Shown here: in pieces, positions 39,578 through 52,889 of the stretch
Numbering within the stretch: position 1 is the first letter of the stretch
Layout of the letters: each line of letters opens with the position of its first letter
Origin: Lama glama
Lineage: Eukaryota
Length of the DNA: 64,000 nucleotides
Assembly (NCBI GenBank): GCA_028534125.1
Contig: CM052818.1
Span: 47,060,001-47,124,000 of the forward strand
Reading direction: 5' to 3'
Notes under the pieces: generated by a model
What the model was told of the DNA's origin: nothing
Database searches by the model: none
Seen by the model: the letters and a program-made list of their open reading frames with translations, nothing else
Translations under genes and position numbers: made by a program

Positions 39578-39809
39578 TTAGGTTGAGGCATACCACATTG
39601 CCATTTTTTTTTAAAGGTTAACATAAAAGGCAGAGTGGATTTCATTTTTTTTTCTTTTCAATGAAGTACTTTATTTATTTGTTTGTTTGTCTGTTTATTC
39701 AGTGGGGATTGAACCCAGGACGTCGTGCATGCTGAGCTACACCCATCCCCCCTTTGCCATTTCGCATGTCAGATGGTTTGCTATCAGCCATTTCAGAAGC
39801 TTCAGGGTA
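39578..39809. mobile_element. MADE2-like mariner MITE, split by a SINE
   Basis: Rejoined flanks read ttaggttgaggcataccacattgccatttcgcatgtcagatggtttgctatcagccatttcagaagcttcag, which resembles the ~80-bp MADE2. Confidence 0.55.
39607..39753 (-). mobile_element. Vic-1-type camelid tRNA-derived SINE with internal deletion
   Basis: The minus strand reads ggggatgggtgtagctcagcatgcacgacgtcctgggttcaatcccc (partial A box, B box GGTTCAATCC) plus an A-rich tail. TSD ttgccattt lies at 39598-39606 and 39754-39762. Confidence 0.8.
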
Positions 39810-40214
39810 TAGGAGAAAACACACCTACGAAGACACATGAACTGCGTGCAGCTGCGCTGTAAATCCATCGACACGCAGCGCTCACGAGGGCGATCCAGTC
39901 TGTTGAAAAGACAAAACCGAAAACCTTGAATGGACTCTGCCAACTTAGTCTAGAACTATCTTCTCAATTCTGGTTAGAACAGAAAACGTCTGGGTGAAAA
40001 CCTCAGTTTGTGATGAGTTTCTGGAATATGTGAGAATCCCCGGGCCTTTACCCCACAGACATTTCTATAGCAGCTTTCCCTGTAAGGACACAGGAACAGT
40101 GCCCCGCCTGGCCCTAGCCTCAAGTTCTAGGTCACAGCGAAAGTGCATTTAACTCTGTCCGTGATCAGAAGCCTTCCTTTCAGTGGCGATCCATTTCTTC
40201 TTTGGAATACAAAG

Positions 40215-40305
40215 AGGATGGGAAAAGAAGAGAGGAGGAGAAAAAGGAAAGGAGGAAGGGAGGGAGGGAGGAAAGAAGAAAAGAAAAAGGAGGGGGAGAG
40301 GGGCA
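40215..40305 (+). repeat. GA-rich low-complexity tract
   Basis: About 85 nt of almost pure purines. Confidence 0.9.
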
Positions 40306-43059
40306 GAGCTGTCAGTCACAAGGGGTGGTTATGGAGAGGCCCCCAAGGGTAGGTATTGATCATCTAGCAGCTGACACCACCAGTGGGGCGTCGTTTCCAT
40401 CCTGTGACTGCCTCTCAGTGACTCACGCCAGCTTCGATGGGTTCTAAGCCTCTGAGCAGGGCACGTCCTGAAATTAACTTGAATAACCTGATTTCTACCT
40501 TCCCGTGAGCTCTTCTCACACACTGTGCAAAGGGCAAACAGAAGTGAAACAAGACAGCTTAACAAGGTCTGTGCCAGCTGTTCGAGGAGAAGTCATTGTT
40601 CGCCTGCATTTCAGGAGAAAAAGGACACTATTTGGCCGCGTGGGGTGCCTCGGCCTCGGCGGGGGCTAATGATCACCCCGGGGGTTGAGCTGTAAGGCGG
40701 GTTGCCCGATGACCGGCCCTGCCTCTGGCTGACAGGTGCTAATGGGAGGGGGCAGGACACAGCTGCCTGAGCAGGAATCCATTATCCTTCGCTGGGTATT
40801 GATTCGCCCTGTGGGATGTTTTCTTTCTGGCTGTGTTAATGTTCAGAGCACACACTTGCCTTGTTCACGGCCTGGAGACAGGGAATCAGAGGTGCCCGGG
40901 GCAAACGTGATGGGCTCTGCCTTCCTGTCTGCAGAGCTTCTGTCTGCGGGGATGCAGGCTTCCTTAATTACAGCGCCTGCGGGACAAGGTCTGGAGGAAT
41001 CGCTTTGCCACCAGTATAATTGCCCGAGGTGCACAGCAAATTCATCTAATGACAGGAGGTGCCTGTTGAAAGTCCCCCTCCCCCCATCCATAAACAGTAG
41101 TTCTCATTTTAAAACTTGATGTTTTGCACAGAATGTCCAGGAAGTGATCCAACAGTTGGAGTCTTGGCTGCCAACTGTCCTCTGAACATTTTCAGACTTT
41201 GTTTCCAGTGAGGATTTCTGAAAACTCTTTAGAGATCATACAGAGAGAATCTTCGCCTTTGGCCATGCTCTGGGATTTGGTGGCTGTGCGGAAGGGCGGG
41301 CGACGGGTGTTTAGGTTGGGTTTATTAGCGTTAAAATGACCGAATAGAATGTGTAAAGATAGCTTACCATGCAGGTGAGCCAAGGCAGAATTTTACATAC
41401 TGCAGACTCAACTCTGAGAATCAAAGGCACATTCGAGTCATTGCATTGGACTGTCTTCAGCATCAGCCGGTCCACATCATTCTACTTGTTAAATTCTTCC
41501 TTATATTGAGCTTATGTTGGGCAACAACCTACATTTCTGTAAACTGTATGCAAGTGTACGGGTGTGTGTGTTGTGTATCACGACGATGGCATATTAGGCA
41601 CATTGAAATACTTCCACGTTCAGTTCAGGTCACAAATTGCCCAGTGTCCGTCAGCTGCCTTGTCTGTTTCCTTATGACGCAGAAACTGTACGCAGCCTTA
41701 CTTTTGAACGGACACTAGTCACAAGCGTCAGATTCGTTTCTCAGCCTCGGTCTGGCCCCTTCTCTGTCAGCAGCTTGTTCATGTTTCTGAGTATTTTTGC
41801 CTCTCCAGGCAAAGGTGAGACGAGCAAGGGGGGCGGTCGAGGCTGAAAGCCTTGAGAGGAGGCCGTTCTGGCTCCACCAGCTGTGAGGTCCGAGCCCCAG
41901 AGCTGGACGACTGCATCCGTTTGCAGTGCTTCCGTTTCACAAGGAAAACTCATTGCAGAGGTTTAACTGAGCAAAAGGCAGAGGCTAAGCTAGGGAACAG
42001 TTTATTGAAGAAGATCAGAAATGGTTCTCATCGTGACGTCGCGATCTCTCCCCCTCGGCAAGCTCAAGTCATTTTATCTTCCCTTTCTCACGACTTTGTG
42101 GGAGAGCCCTGTGCTAATCTGGTTCCAGCCTCATGTCCGTTTGGTGGATCAGGGACCGAGGAGGCGGAGCAGTCCACTCAGGACCTGGGGTGGGGGTGAC
42201 CTAGACGTGGGTTTGGTGAAAACGTACGTGTGGATTTGGTAGAAATATATAGAACTTGCTCTCCTTTTTTAGTGTATTCTATTTTTCTGATTATGCAAGT
42301 AATTATGTAGCTTTTGTGGGATATTTAAAAATATAAAAAATGGCAACCATTCATAACTCTGCTATTCAAAAATAATAATCTTCATTACTATTTTGATTGT
42401 CTCTGTCCATTTCTAAGTATGTGATTTTTGCATCCTTTTTCATCATTTGCTGTTGGCTAAAAAACATTTCCCCATGGCATTAAAAACTCTCTAAGGGAGT
42501 AAGGACCGATGACTGAGTCAAATTCAGGACAAGGAGTGACCCTGGAGGAGCTAGTCTCTCTCCCTCTGCCTGGAGCACCGTGGACAGAGGGATGCATTCT
42601 CCAAAGCGGGTAGAAAGTGCCAGTGGCGGAGATTGATGAGCCGTGGTGGCCTTTGAGAGATTTCCACCAGCCTGTTTGGCTGATGAAATGGGAGGGAGAT
42701 AGAAGTGAATGAGGAACTTTGCAGTGACTGCACCTCTGAAAAAAGCAGGTGACGGGTGTAGAAGGGTGGACGGGAAACACTGCCTCCTGGACTCACAGGG
42801 CTCAGGAAACTAAAGCTGGGGTCACCTCACATGAAACATGACGTCCTGATACAGAAAAGCCGTCGTACCTCTGTGGAGAATGTTCAGGACAAATGCTCAG
42901 AGGTAGTGGACTCAGTGCAGCCCTCCAGGTACCCAAGCTCAACCCTCTGCCCCCTCCAGTGCTACTCTGCAAATAAGTGACACATTGCAAAATTGTCGTC
43001 AAATAAGGTACGACCTTTGCAGATTGACTCCAAGCAGAAAGGGGGAGTTAGAAGGTGAA

Positions 43060-44330
43060 AAGAGAATGGAGAATACATACCAGACAAAGATGATGCCCCT
43101 CGGCTAAAAATACAACTAGTTAACAGCTAGTTCTCCATGGAATCAAAGATGCTGATGAAAATGTGACCGCTCTGAGAGAAAAACTCAAAGGAGATATATA
43201 GAGCCTCAAAGTAGAGATCAGAAAAATGAGAAAATTAAAATCATTATGGAAATAAGACTCTAATTATAAAAAAAACAGCTATCCATGGCTCAAGATACAC
43301 TCTGGGATGTAAAAAGTAAGTTTGAGAGGATGGCACAGAGAAGATACAAATTACAAAGGGTTTTAGAAGTCCTTGGTGCTGAAGACCATATAACTATCAT
43401 GTTGCCTGGAACAGTGGAAGAGAAAATGAAAGACAGGCATTTCAAGTGATTTTTAAAATTTCTGAAGATTAAAGAAAAAAAGATTGGAATTCACAATTTG
43501 AAAGAGTGCATCATGTCCCAGCAAAAACAAATTCAGAATAAAGTCACTCTAAAATGATTCACTAAAGTGAACAGAGTTAATTTTGTGGCACATCGTGAAA
43601 AACCAAGTTCTCTCGAAGGGGAAAAAGACAAGGTGGCCCTGGACCTTTTCACAGCATTTCAATATTTACAAAGTTCTTAGAGATGAATGCGTGACTCAAG
43701 ATGTTTCGGTGCAACCTAGCTGCTACTCAAGTATAAAGTTGGACAGAGCTTCTCAAGTATTCAAGAACTAAAATAATCCCCAGTAGTCCTTAAAGAGAAA
43801 GCAAATACCCAACAAAAACAGACTGTGAGAGAATAAGCTGTAGACAAACAAGGGATGACTAGATTTCTTAAGATGAAGGAGGAGGACAGAGAGGAGGAGG
43901 AGGAGGGGGAGGGAGGCAGGTGCAAGAAAGAAAAGGAAGACTGTTGGTAGCACTGAACTGACTGAAAAGGAACATAAAGTTGAGTAACTGTGGGGTTTAT
44001 GACTAGAAAACAGAATGCAAATTTTATAAAATATTTCAATAATAAACTAACCAAACATTTGAGCTTGAGTGGGGAGAGGAGAGGAGATATTTAAGGACTA
44101 TAATCAATGAAGGACACAGAAAGGATAACTTTGATAGAAGAGGTGGTGAGATACCAAGGAATAAAATAAAAATGAAGCAGAGTTGTTCAACCCATGCCTG
44201 GAAGTTTTTACAAAACCAAAACTATGAGCAATAAACACTATACAATGATAAAGATTGCAATCCACAGTGAGGCTCTATCCCAACTGTCAATCCACCAAGA
44301 GTGAAAAAAATTCATAAAAACAAGAAATAT
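43060..44330 (+). mobile_element. HAL1/old L1 ORF1-like fragment
   Basis: A-rich ORF1-like sequence; gtgactcaaga...ctagctgctactcaagtataaag resembles HAL1. Confidence 0.55.
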
Positions 44331-44334
44331 GAAA

Positions 44335-44710
44335 GAAACAAAGACAAATATTACATAATATCACTTATATGTGGAATATAAAAAATATACAAATGAACTT
44401 ATTTACAAGACAGAAGCAGACTCAGGGACACAGAAAACAAACTTATGGTTACCAGAGGGGAAGAAGGGGAGGGATAAATTAAGACTATGGGATTAACAGA
44501 TACATTGTACATGTACAAAATAGATAAACAGCAAGGACTGATTGCATTGCACAGGAAAATATATCCAATATCCTGCAATAACCTACATGGAAAAGAACTG
44601 AAAAAAGAATACTTATATATACATATAACTGAAGTACTTTGTTATACATCTGAAACTAATACAATATTGTAAATCAACTATAATTCATTTTAAAAAAAGA
44701 ATAAAAAAGA
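44335..44710 (+). mobile_element. Cetartiodactyl-type L1 3' end
   Basis: tatcacttatatgtggaat, acaaatgaacttatttacaagacagaagcagactc, aaacaaacttatggttacc, followed by an A tail. Confidence 0.92.
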
Positions 44711-45209
44711 TTGAATATAGGACTTCAAATAGAGGACCTTATAAAATATTAGTTTCAAACACTCTGTTTCTTCTCATTTCAGTACTGACACTTGGCATTT
44801 TCATGAAAGTTTTCCATTTTATCCAAGTCATTGAATTTATTGTAATGAAGTTACAATGTTTGAAGTTCACGGCATTTTCTCATTATCTTTTCCATAATTA
44901 GAGGATCTGTAGTGAGATCTCTTTTATTCATGGTTTGGATATTTGACGCATTCTCTCTATTTTCTGATCAGTCTGGCTAGAAGTTTATCAATTTTATTGA
45001 TATATTCATAAACCAGTTTTTAGTTTCATAGAATTTCTTTGTTGGACCTTTTTTTTTCAATTTTATTGATTTCTGCTTTAAAAAAATAGGTCTTACTATT
45101 TGAGTTAAATTCAGTCTTCATTTTCTGGTTTCTTGAGGTAGAAAATTAGATCCTCTATTTTATTTAAGACCATTCTTCTTTTCTACTATAAACCTTTAAT
45201 GGTGTAAAG

Positions 45210-45482
45210 TTAAATTGAGAGTTCGAGATTTGCAGATATTAACTACTATACATAAACCAGATAAACAACAAATTTCTTCTGTAGAGCACAGGGAACTATA
45301 TTCAGTATCTTGTAGTAATCTATAATGAAAAAGAATATGAAAACAAATATATGTATGTACATGTATCGCTGAAACATTATGCTGTACACTAGAAATTGAC
45401 ACAACTTCGTCAACTGTAAATTCAATTAAAATGAAAATCTACAGTATGTTAGAAAGTCCAAAAACTAAAAAATTAAAAAAAA
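45210..45482 (+). mobile_element. Young camelid-type L1 3' end
   Basis: gagagttcgagatttgcagata...agcacagggaactatattcagtatcttgtagtaatctataatgaaaaagaatatgaaaac. Confidence 0.92.
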
Positions 45483-47147
45483 TCCCATTGCTTTAGCTGT
45501 AAGCTGCAATCTAGATATTTTAATATGTTGGTTTTTAATTTTCATTGAGTTCAAAGTATTTCCTGATTTCTCTTTAATTTCTTATTGAATCCTGGATTAT
45601 TCATAAGTGTATAATATGATTTCCAAGTATTTGAGGATCTTCCAGGTAACTTTCTGTTATTGATTTTCAGTTTAATTCCATGGTGGTCAGAGAAGTTACT
45701 TTGTATGATTGCAATTCTCTTAAAGTCATTGAGACTTAATTAACAGCTCACCGTACGATCGAACTTTTAAGTATTCCATATGCATATTGAGAATATCAGG
45801 AGCATATTGTTGGATGGAATGTTCTGTGAATGTCAACGAGGTCTGTTTGATTGACAGTTTTGATCTGGTCTTCTACATGCGCATTGATTTGCTTTAAATT
45901 GTTCTAGCAATTGCTAAGGAGTTGCTGAAATCTCGGACTATAATTACAAATTTTTCTATTTCTCCTTCCAATTCTCTATGTTTTTAAACCATGCACATTG
46001 AAGCATTTTTTTATTATGTATTTACATACTTAGAATTTTTGTAGGTTATTTATCATTATAGTATGTCCCAGTCGATCTCTGGTAGTAATCTTTATCTTGA
46101 AATACTACTACTTTGACGCTAACATAGCAACTCCACAATTCTTTCATTTAGTGTTAGCATGAATAGTGCACTTTTCCCTTTTAATTTTTTATCTATCATT
46201 GCTTTTATAGTTAACTTAGATTACAGATAGAATACAGTTGTCTTTTTTTTTTCTCTTTTAATCCCATCTGACAGTCTCTGCCTTTAACTAGGTAGCTTTG
46301 TCCATCTACTTTTACTGTGTTAATGGAAGTATATGAGATTAAATCTACTCTCTTGCAACTTGTTACCTATTTTCTATGTATTCTTTACTGCCTTTTCCTT
46401 GTTTGCTGCCTTTTGTGGCGTCATTGAATTTTCTTATGATTCCATTTAATCTATATTATTGGAGTAATACTTGTTTCTCTGATTTTTATTACTTGCTCTA
46501 GAGTTAACATTACACAATTTTAGTTTATTATACTCCATGTTCAAATAACATTTTACCACTGTAGTTTTAGGGTCATTTTTAGTGTAAGAATCTTATTACA
46601 GTGTACTTCCCACGATGTCTTCTTTTTCCTTGTGACATTTTGGTAACTTTTACTTCTACCTACACCATCACCTCATGATAGATCATCATTATCATCATCA
46701 TTATTATTACTGCTTTAAATACTTATGTTTTTAGGTACTAGAAATGATTAACATGCTTTTTTATACCAGTCCACATGCTTGCCATTCTCAGCACTCTTCA
46801 TTCCATCTTTTATGTCTAAATTTTCATTTCATATTATTTTCCTTCTTTTTGAAGAAACATCTTTTAAATTTTTTGTAGAGCAAGTCTGATGGTGGTGAAC
46901 TATTTCATATTCTGTCTCAGATTTTCATTTTATTTCACTTTTCAAATGCTGGATAAAGAATTTTAGGGGGACAACTTTTCAATATTCTCTCTCCATGGCC
47001 TTCTGACTTGCATAGTGTCTGGTGAGGTGTCTGCCGTATTTAGTATCTTTCTACTTTTTTATTTATTGTGTCTTTTTAATCTTATTTCTTAAACATTTTC
47101 TCATATTTCCAGATTTTTAAAAAAATTGTTATTTTGTACTTTATTTA

Positions 47148-47735
47148 CCTTTTTACTGAAGTATAGTTGATGTATAATATATAAATTATAGGTGTACAAT
47201 ATAGTGATTCATAACTTTTAAAGGTTATATTGCATTTATAGTTATTATAAAATATTTGCTATATTCCCTGTGTACAGTATATCCTTGTAGCTTATTTTAT
47301 ACCAAATAGTTTGTAACCCTTAATCTCCGTCTGCTATATTGGCCCTTTCCCCTTCTCTCTCCCCACTGGCAATTTCACTGGTTTGTTTTCTGTATCTGTG
47401 AGTCTGTTCCTTTTTTTTATTATATTCACTAGTTTGTTGTATTTTTAAAATCTCACATATAAGTGATATCATACAGTATTTGTCTTTCTCTGACTTATCT
47501 CATTTAGTATAATACCCTTGAAGTCCATCTGTGTTGCTGCAAATGGCAACATTCCATTGTTTTAAACAGCTGAGTAGAGCTCCATTGTATACACACACCA
47601 CATCTGTATCCATTCATCTGCTGATGGACACTTAGGTTACTGCCTTCTCTTAGCAATTGTAAATAATGCCACTATGAACATTAGGGTGTGTGTATCATTT
47701 TCAGTTAGTATTTTTTCTTAAATATATACCCAGGG
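47148..47735 (-). mobile_element. Cetartiodactyl-type L1 3' end
   Basis: ctgaagtatagttgatgtataat...aagtgatatcatacagtatttgtctttctctgactt...gatggacacttaggtt. Confidence 0.9.
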
Positions 47736-48579
47736 ACTTTGCATATTATCCTTTTCACTTATTTTGCTTGGGTTTGTTAAGCTTTTAGGACCTCTAGATT
47801 TATACTTTTCATTCATTTTGATTAAAAAAAGATCTTTATCTATATTTCTGCAAAAATATTTTGTTTTTTCTTCTCTTATCGCTCCACTTATGTTATCCTT
47901 CATAGTGATTCATTTCTACTGCTATTTCTTTAAATTCACTTATCTTTTTATGCAGCATCTAGTCTACTCAATCCTGTGCTTTTATTTTTAATTTATACTA
48001 TCTTTATTTCTAAAAGTCATATTTGTTTTGTTTCTTTGTTTGTTTTTTCATCTTAGATCATTTTCCCTTCTTCTGGTCATGCTTTCCTCTACCTTTGTGA
48101 ACACTTGGAATAAAATTATATTAGCTTTTTAACGTGTTAATCTGCTAGTTCCTTTGTATCTGTCATGTCTGTGTTGGTCTGTTTCTGTTTTTTTCCTCCT
48201 GGTTATGGAAAAAATTATGTTTTTATGAGCCCGGTAAATTTTTAATAGATAATGTATACTGTGCATGTCATGTTGTTGTTTACTGTATTTTCATGTTTGA
48301 GCATGTGTTAATAGTGATAGATTTTTGTTTTTATATGTCATTAAGTTAGTTGGTGTTAGTTGGTATCATTTTGAGACTTGCTATTTCCTTTTTTGACTGG
48401 AACCATATGTTATATTTTGTTTAGTGACATTATAAATTCATGCAGATTTCTTTGTATACTTCAGGTATAATATTTACTAGAGTTTTACATAATGCAAGTT
48501 AGATTTGTACTTTTCCTTTAATCTTTCATTTAAGTTTATTCCAAATGTTCCTTAAATTTTATTTCCATTTTATTCTTTA

Positions 48580-50030
48580 AACTTTTTTATTTCGAGGTAA
48601 TCATATCTTCACATGCAACAAGAAATAGCACAAAGGGATTTTATGTGTTCTATGCCCAGTTTCTCCAAAGGTAACATCTTGTAAAACCACAATATGGTAC
48701 CACAAACCTAATATTAACATCAATGCAGTAATAGATAGACCATTCCATCACCGTCTGTTGTGTGGCCCTTAACGGAACAACCATTTCACACCCAAATCTG
48801 CCCACCCCACCCCAGACTCAAGACAACTATTAATCTGCCCTTCATTTATGTAATTTTGTCATTTCAAAATGTTATGTACATGGAATCATACAGTATATTA
48901 CATTTTGAAATTTTTCATTCAGTATAATTTTCTGGAGATTTATCTAAGTTAGGACATCTATCAAAAGTTTGTTCTTTTTCACTATTGAGTAGTATTTCAT
49001 GGTGTGGAGGTGCCACAGTTTATTTAACCCATACAAGGATATCTGGGTTGTTTCCAGATTTGGGCTATTCTGAATAAAGCTGTTACAAACATTTGTGTAC
49101 AGGTTTTAAGTGAACTTAAGTTTTCACTTCTTTTTTTTCTGGCATTAATGCCCAGGAATGCAGTTGCCAGATTTATTGCAGTTGCATGTTTATTTTTTTT
49201 TTTAAAGAAACTGCCAAGCTTTCCCAGAATGGCTGTACCATTTTCCATTGCCACCAGCAACATATGAATGATGTGGTTTCTCCACATCCATGCCAACATT
49301 GATGTTGTCATTTTTTGAAAAGTTCTAGCCATTCTGATGAATGGTTTTATTTTGCATTTTACAAGCAGATAATAATATTGAATTGCTTTGCATGTCTTTA
49401 TTTGCCATCTGTATAACTTCTACAGTGAGATATCTTTTTATGTCTTTTATATATCTTATAATTAGATTGTTTGTTTCTTTACTGTTCAGTTTTGAGAATT
49501 GTTAATACATTCTAGAGAGCATCCTTTGTTGACTATGTGATTTTCAAATATTTCGTCCCTGTCTGTAGCTTGTCTTTTCATTTTTTAAGAGTCTTTTGCA
49601 AAGCAAAGATTTTTAATTATGATGAAGTCAAAATGATCAATTTCTTCTTTTATGGATTATACCTTTGGAGACAAGTCTAAGGACTCTTTGCCTACCATGA
49701 GATTCTGAAGATTTTCTGCTATTTTTTCCTAAAATTTTTATTGTTTTACATTTTACATTTAATTCTATGTTCTGTTTTGAGTTATTTTTGTGTAAGATGT
49801 GAAGTTGAGTTCTAAGTTTTTTTTTTTAACATGTGGTTGTCAAATTGTTCCACACCATTTGCTGAAAAGACTATCCTTCCTTCATTGAGTTGCTTTTGCA
49901 TCTTTGTCAAAAATCAGTTGTGAGCTATTTCTGGGTTCTATATTATGTTCCATTCATCTATGGGACCCTCTCTCCACACAATCTTGATTATGTAGCTACA
50001 AGAAGTCTTGAAGTTAAGTAGACAGATATT
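48580..50030 (-). mobile_element. L1MC3-like 3' portion
   Basis: The 3' end resembles that of the 28790 element; ORF-track 49024-49332 gives the ORF2-like peptide KTCTQMFVTALFRIAQIWKQPRYP. Confidence 0.85.
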
Positions 50031-50049
50031 TCTTATTTCATTCTTTTAA

Positions 50050-51252
50050 AAGACTTTAGTTTCTAGAGCAGTTTTAGATTCACCACAAATTTAGATGAAG
50101 GTGTAGAAATTTCCCATATATCCACTATTTCCGCTCATGTATGGTCTCCCCCAGTATCAACAACACTCACCATCTGGCACATTTTTTTTTCCAAGGATGA
50201 ACGTGCATTGATACCTCATAAACACCCGAAGTTCATAGGTTTCTTTAGTGTTCATTCTTGGTGTGGTACAGTCTGTGGTTAGACAAATAAATGCATGACA
50301 TCCATACGTCATTTTGATATCATACAGAGTATTTTCACTGCCCTAAAAATCCCCTCAGCTGCGTCTATTCATTTTCCTACACTCCCACCACCAACAACCA
50401 ATCTTCTTGTCTACAAAGTTTTGCCTTTTCCAGAATGTCGTGTACAGTTGACTCTTGAACGGCATGGATTTGAACTGCATACGTCCACGTATGGGCTAAA
50501 TTCTTTTCAATAAATACTTACTACAATACTATGTGATCCAAGGTTATGGACGCAGAGCCATGGATATGAAGGGCCACCTGTAAAGTTACATATGGAATTC
50601 TGACTGCACTCGGGATCAGTACCCCTGACATCCATGCTGTTCAACGGCCAACTGTAGTTGGAATCATATAGTAGGTCGCCTTAACAGGTCTGCTTTTTTC
50701 ACTTAGTAACATGCATTAAGTTTCCTCTGTATCTTCTTATGACTTGTTAGCTCATTTCATTTTAGTGCTGAATGTCATTCCATTGGCGTGTACTATGGTT
50801 TATTTATTCACCAAGACATCTTGGTTGCTCCAAGTTTTGGCAATTATGAATAAAGGTGCTGTGACATCTGTGTGCAGGTGTTTGTGGGAACATACATTTT
50901 CATTAGTTTTTGACTCCTTTGAGTAAATATTAGGGAGCACAGTTACTGGATTGTATGGTAAGAGTTGTTTAGTTTTGTAAGGAACCACCAAACTGTCTTC
51001 TAAACTAGCTGCACCATTTTGCATTCACACCAACGATGAATGAGAGTTCTTGCTGCTTCATATTCTTGTCAGCTTTTGGTGTTGTCAGTGTTCTGGATTT
51101 TGGCCACTCGGTTAGGTGTGTGGTGATATCTCCTTCTTGTATGATTTACATTTTCTTAGTTACATATGGCACAGAGCATCTTTTCACAGGCTTCTGTGCC
51201 ATCTGTGTACCTTGTTTGGTGCAGTGTTTGTTAGGTCTTTGGCCATTTTTTT
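50050..51252 (-). mobile_element. L1MC1/L1MB-like 3' portion
   Basis: tagagcagttttagattcacc...ttcccatata; ORF-track 50800-51024 is ORF2-like. Confidence 0.82.
50445..50654. mobile_element. Tigger1-derived MITE
   Basis: TIRs cagttgactcttgaac / gttcaacggccaactg and TA duplications at 50443-44 and 50655-56. The host L1 reads through when the element is excised. Confidence 0.88.
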
Positions 51253-51289
51253 AATGATGACATGAATACTGAGTGTTATTTTATGGTCC

Positions 51290-52670
51290 TTAGGTCTCTA
51301 CAACTCTGTTCTTTTTTTTTTTTTTCAGTCAAACTTCTCTTGTGTTTCGATCAGGTAGTTCCTATCGGTCTACATTCAAGTTCACTGATTTATTTTTCTT
51401 TTTCCCTTCTGTTCTGTGATTGAGCCCACCGATTGAATTTTTTTTTTTTTGAATTTTTGATTTTGGTTATTGCACTTTTTAGTGAGACTATTTCTGTTGG
51501 TTTGTTTTAATTTTTCTTTCTTTGCTGAGGCTTTCCATTTTTAAATTTGTTTCAAGTGTGTTTATAATTGCTTTCTGAAGCATTTTCATGAGGGCTGTGA
51601 AGCAACAGAATCTTTGTGAGATAGTTCTCATTTCTCCGTCATTTTGGTGTCGGAGTCCATCACTTTTGTTTCCTCACTCAGTTTGAGATCTTCCTCTGTG
51701 ACAAATCCTGGACATTTTAAATATTATGTTTTGAGACCCTGAACATTATTTAAACCTTCTGTCTCACTGGCTTGTCTAACTCTGTTCCTCTAGAGTTAAG
51801 GGAGTGATGCCACCTCACTCCTGTCAGTGGGGGTCCAGGACCCCCACTCAGCCTCTGAGGACACACGAGTGGGGGAGGGGCTTCTCATTCTTGCTGAGTT
51901 GGGGGATGGTTTCTGGCTCTCACAGGGCCTCCACTGCTAGCATCCAGGACCGGAGTGCTAGGAGTGCCTTGTGCCTGCTCCTCCTGTGGCCTCACCTGAC
52001 ACTGTGGGCGAATGGCTTCCTTACCGCTGGACATCGGTGAAGTTCATGACTCTGTTCTTGGCCTTATTTCATGTGGCAGTGGGGTTGGTGGGCACCTTAT
52101 CACTGTTGGGCTCGGGGGGAGTCTAGGCTCCCCACCTGGTCTCCACGGACACCGAGGGGGCCTGGCAGGGAGTGGGGAAGGGGGAAGGTCATTGCCACCT
52201 GATGGGATGAGAGCCTTGGCTCCCTCCTCTCCTTAAACACTACCTCTGGGTGGAGGTCTTTTGGTGGATTTTGCTGGCACGGGTGGGAAAGGGACCACAG
52301 TGATTTCCCGGGTGTTTGGCTGGACTAGAGCAAGCAGGATCTAAAGCTTTGTTTCCTAGATTGCTTCTTTCCTGGACCGCCGACTAGAGAGAGCAGAATC
52401 TGGGGGCCTCTTTCTGTCTGCACCTATTGGCCCGTCTGTGTTGCTGACTTCAGCTCTGAGTCTGGGACACAGAAGCAACGTGGAAACCCAGGGAGCTCCT
52501 GGAGAGGTCAGGCTTTGTGTCCCAATGTCCCCAGATGCTCTGCCTTCTTTCCTTCACTTTAAAGAGTTATCTTAAGTTTGCTTTATATATAATGGTCAGG
52601 GTTTTAGTTGTACTTAGTTAAGAAATACGGAAGTGTGTCTACTTTATTTTCCTGAATGCAAAAGTCCCTT
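51290..52670 (-). mobile_element. L1MC/MD-type ORF1 and 5'-UTR fragment
   Basis: ttcaagttcactgatt, tttgtttcaagtgtgtttataattgct, then GC-richer 5'-UTR-like sequence. Confidence 0.6.
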
Positions 52671-52889
52671 GAGGTTTGTTTTCAAGACTTTTAAAAAGCG
52701 AAGAGAAGCAGACTTTGGTCTGGGGTTAGTTTAGTCCCACTGCTAACGTCTCATCCTCCTGAAGTTCCCCTTTCACGTCCCGTGTATTACAAGTCTTTCC
52801 AGTTTGGCTGGTGGAGACGTAAGCTTTTCACAAAACATACCTGCCCTCTGACATTTATATTAGTTAAGAACATATTTACTTTAATTTCT

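Larger units (their letters stand above)
44770..48560 (-). mobile_element. Old L1ME-like element interrupted by younger L1s
   Basis: Antisense motifs (gtctggctagaagtttatcaattttattga, taattccatggtggtcagagaa, gacagtctctgcctttaa) continue across the insertions. Confidence 0.75.

Noticed and set aside
39700..39752. tRNA-like A/B boxes
   Set aside because: SINE head with an A tail and TSD; it cannot form a full cloverleaf, so it is not a tRNA gene.
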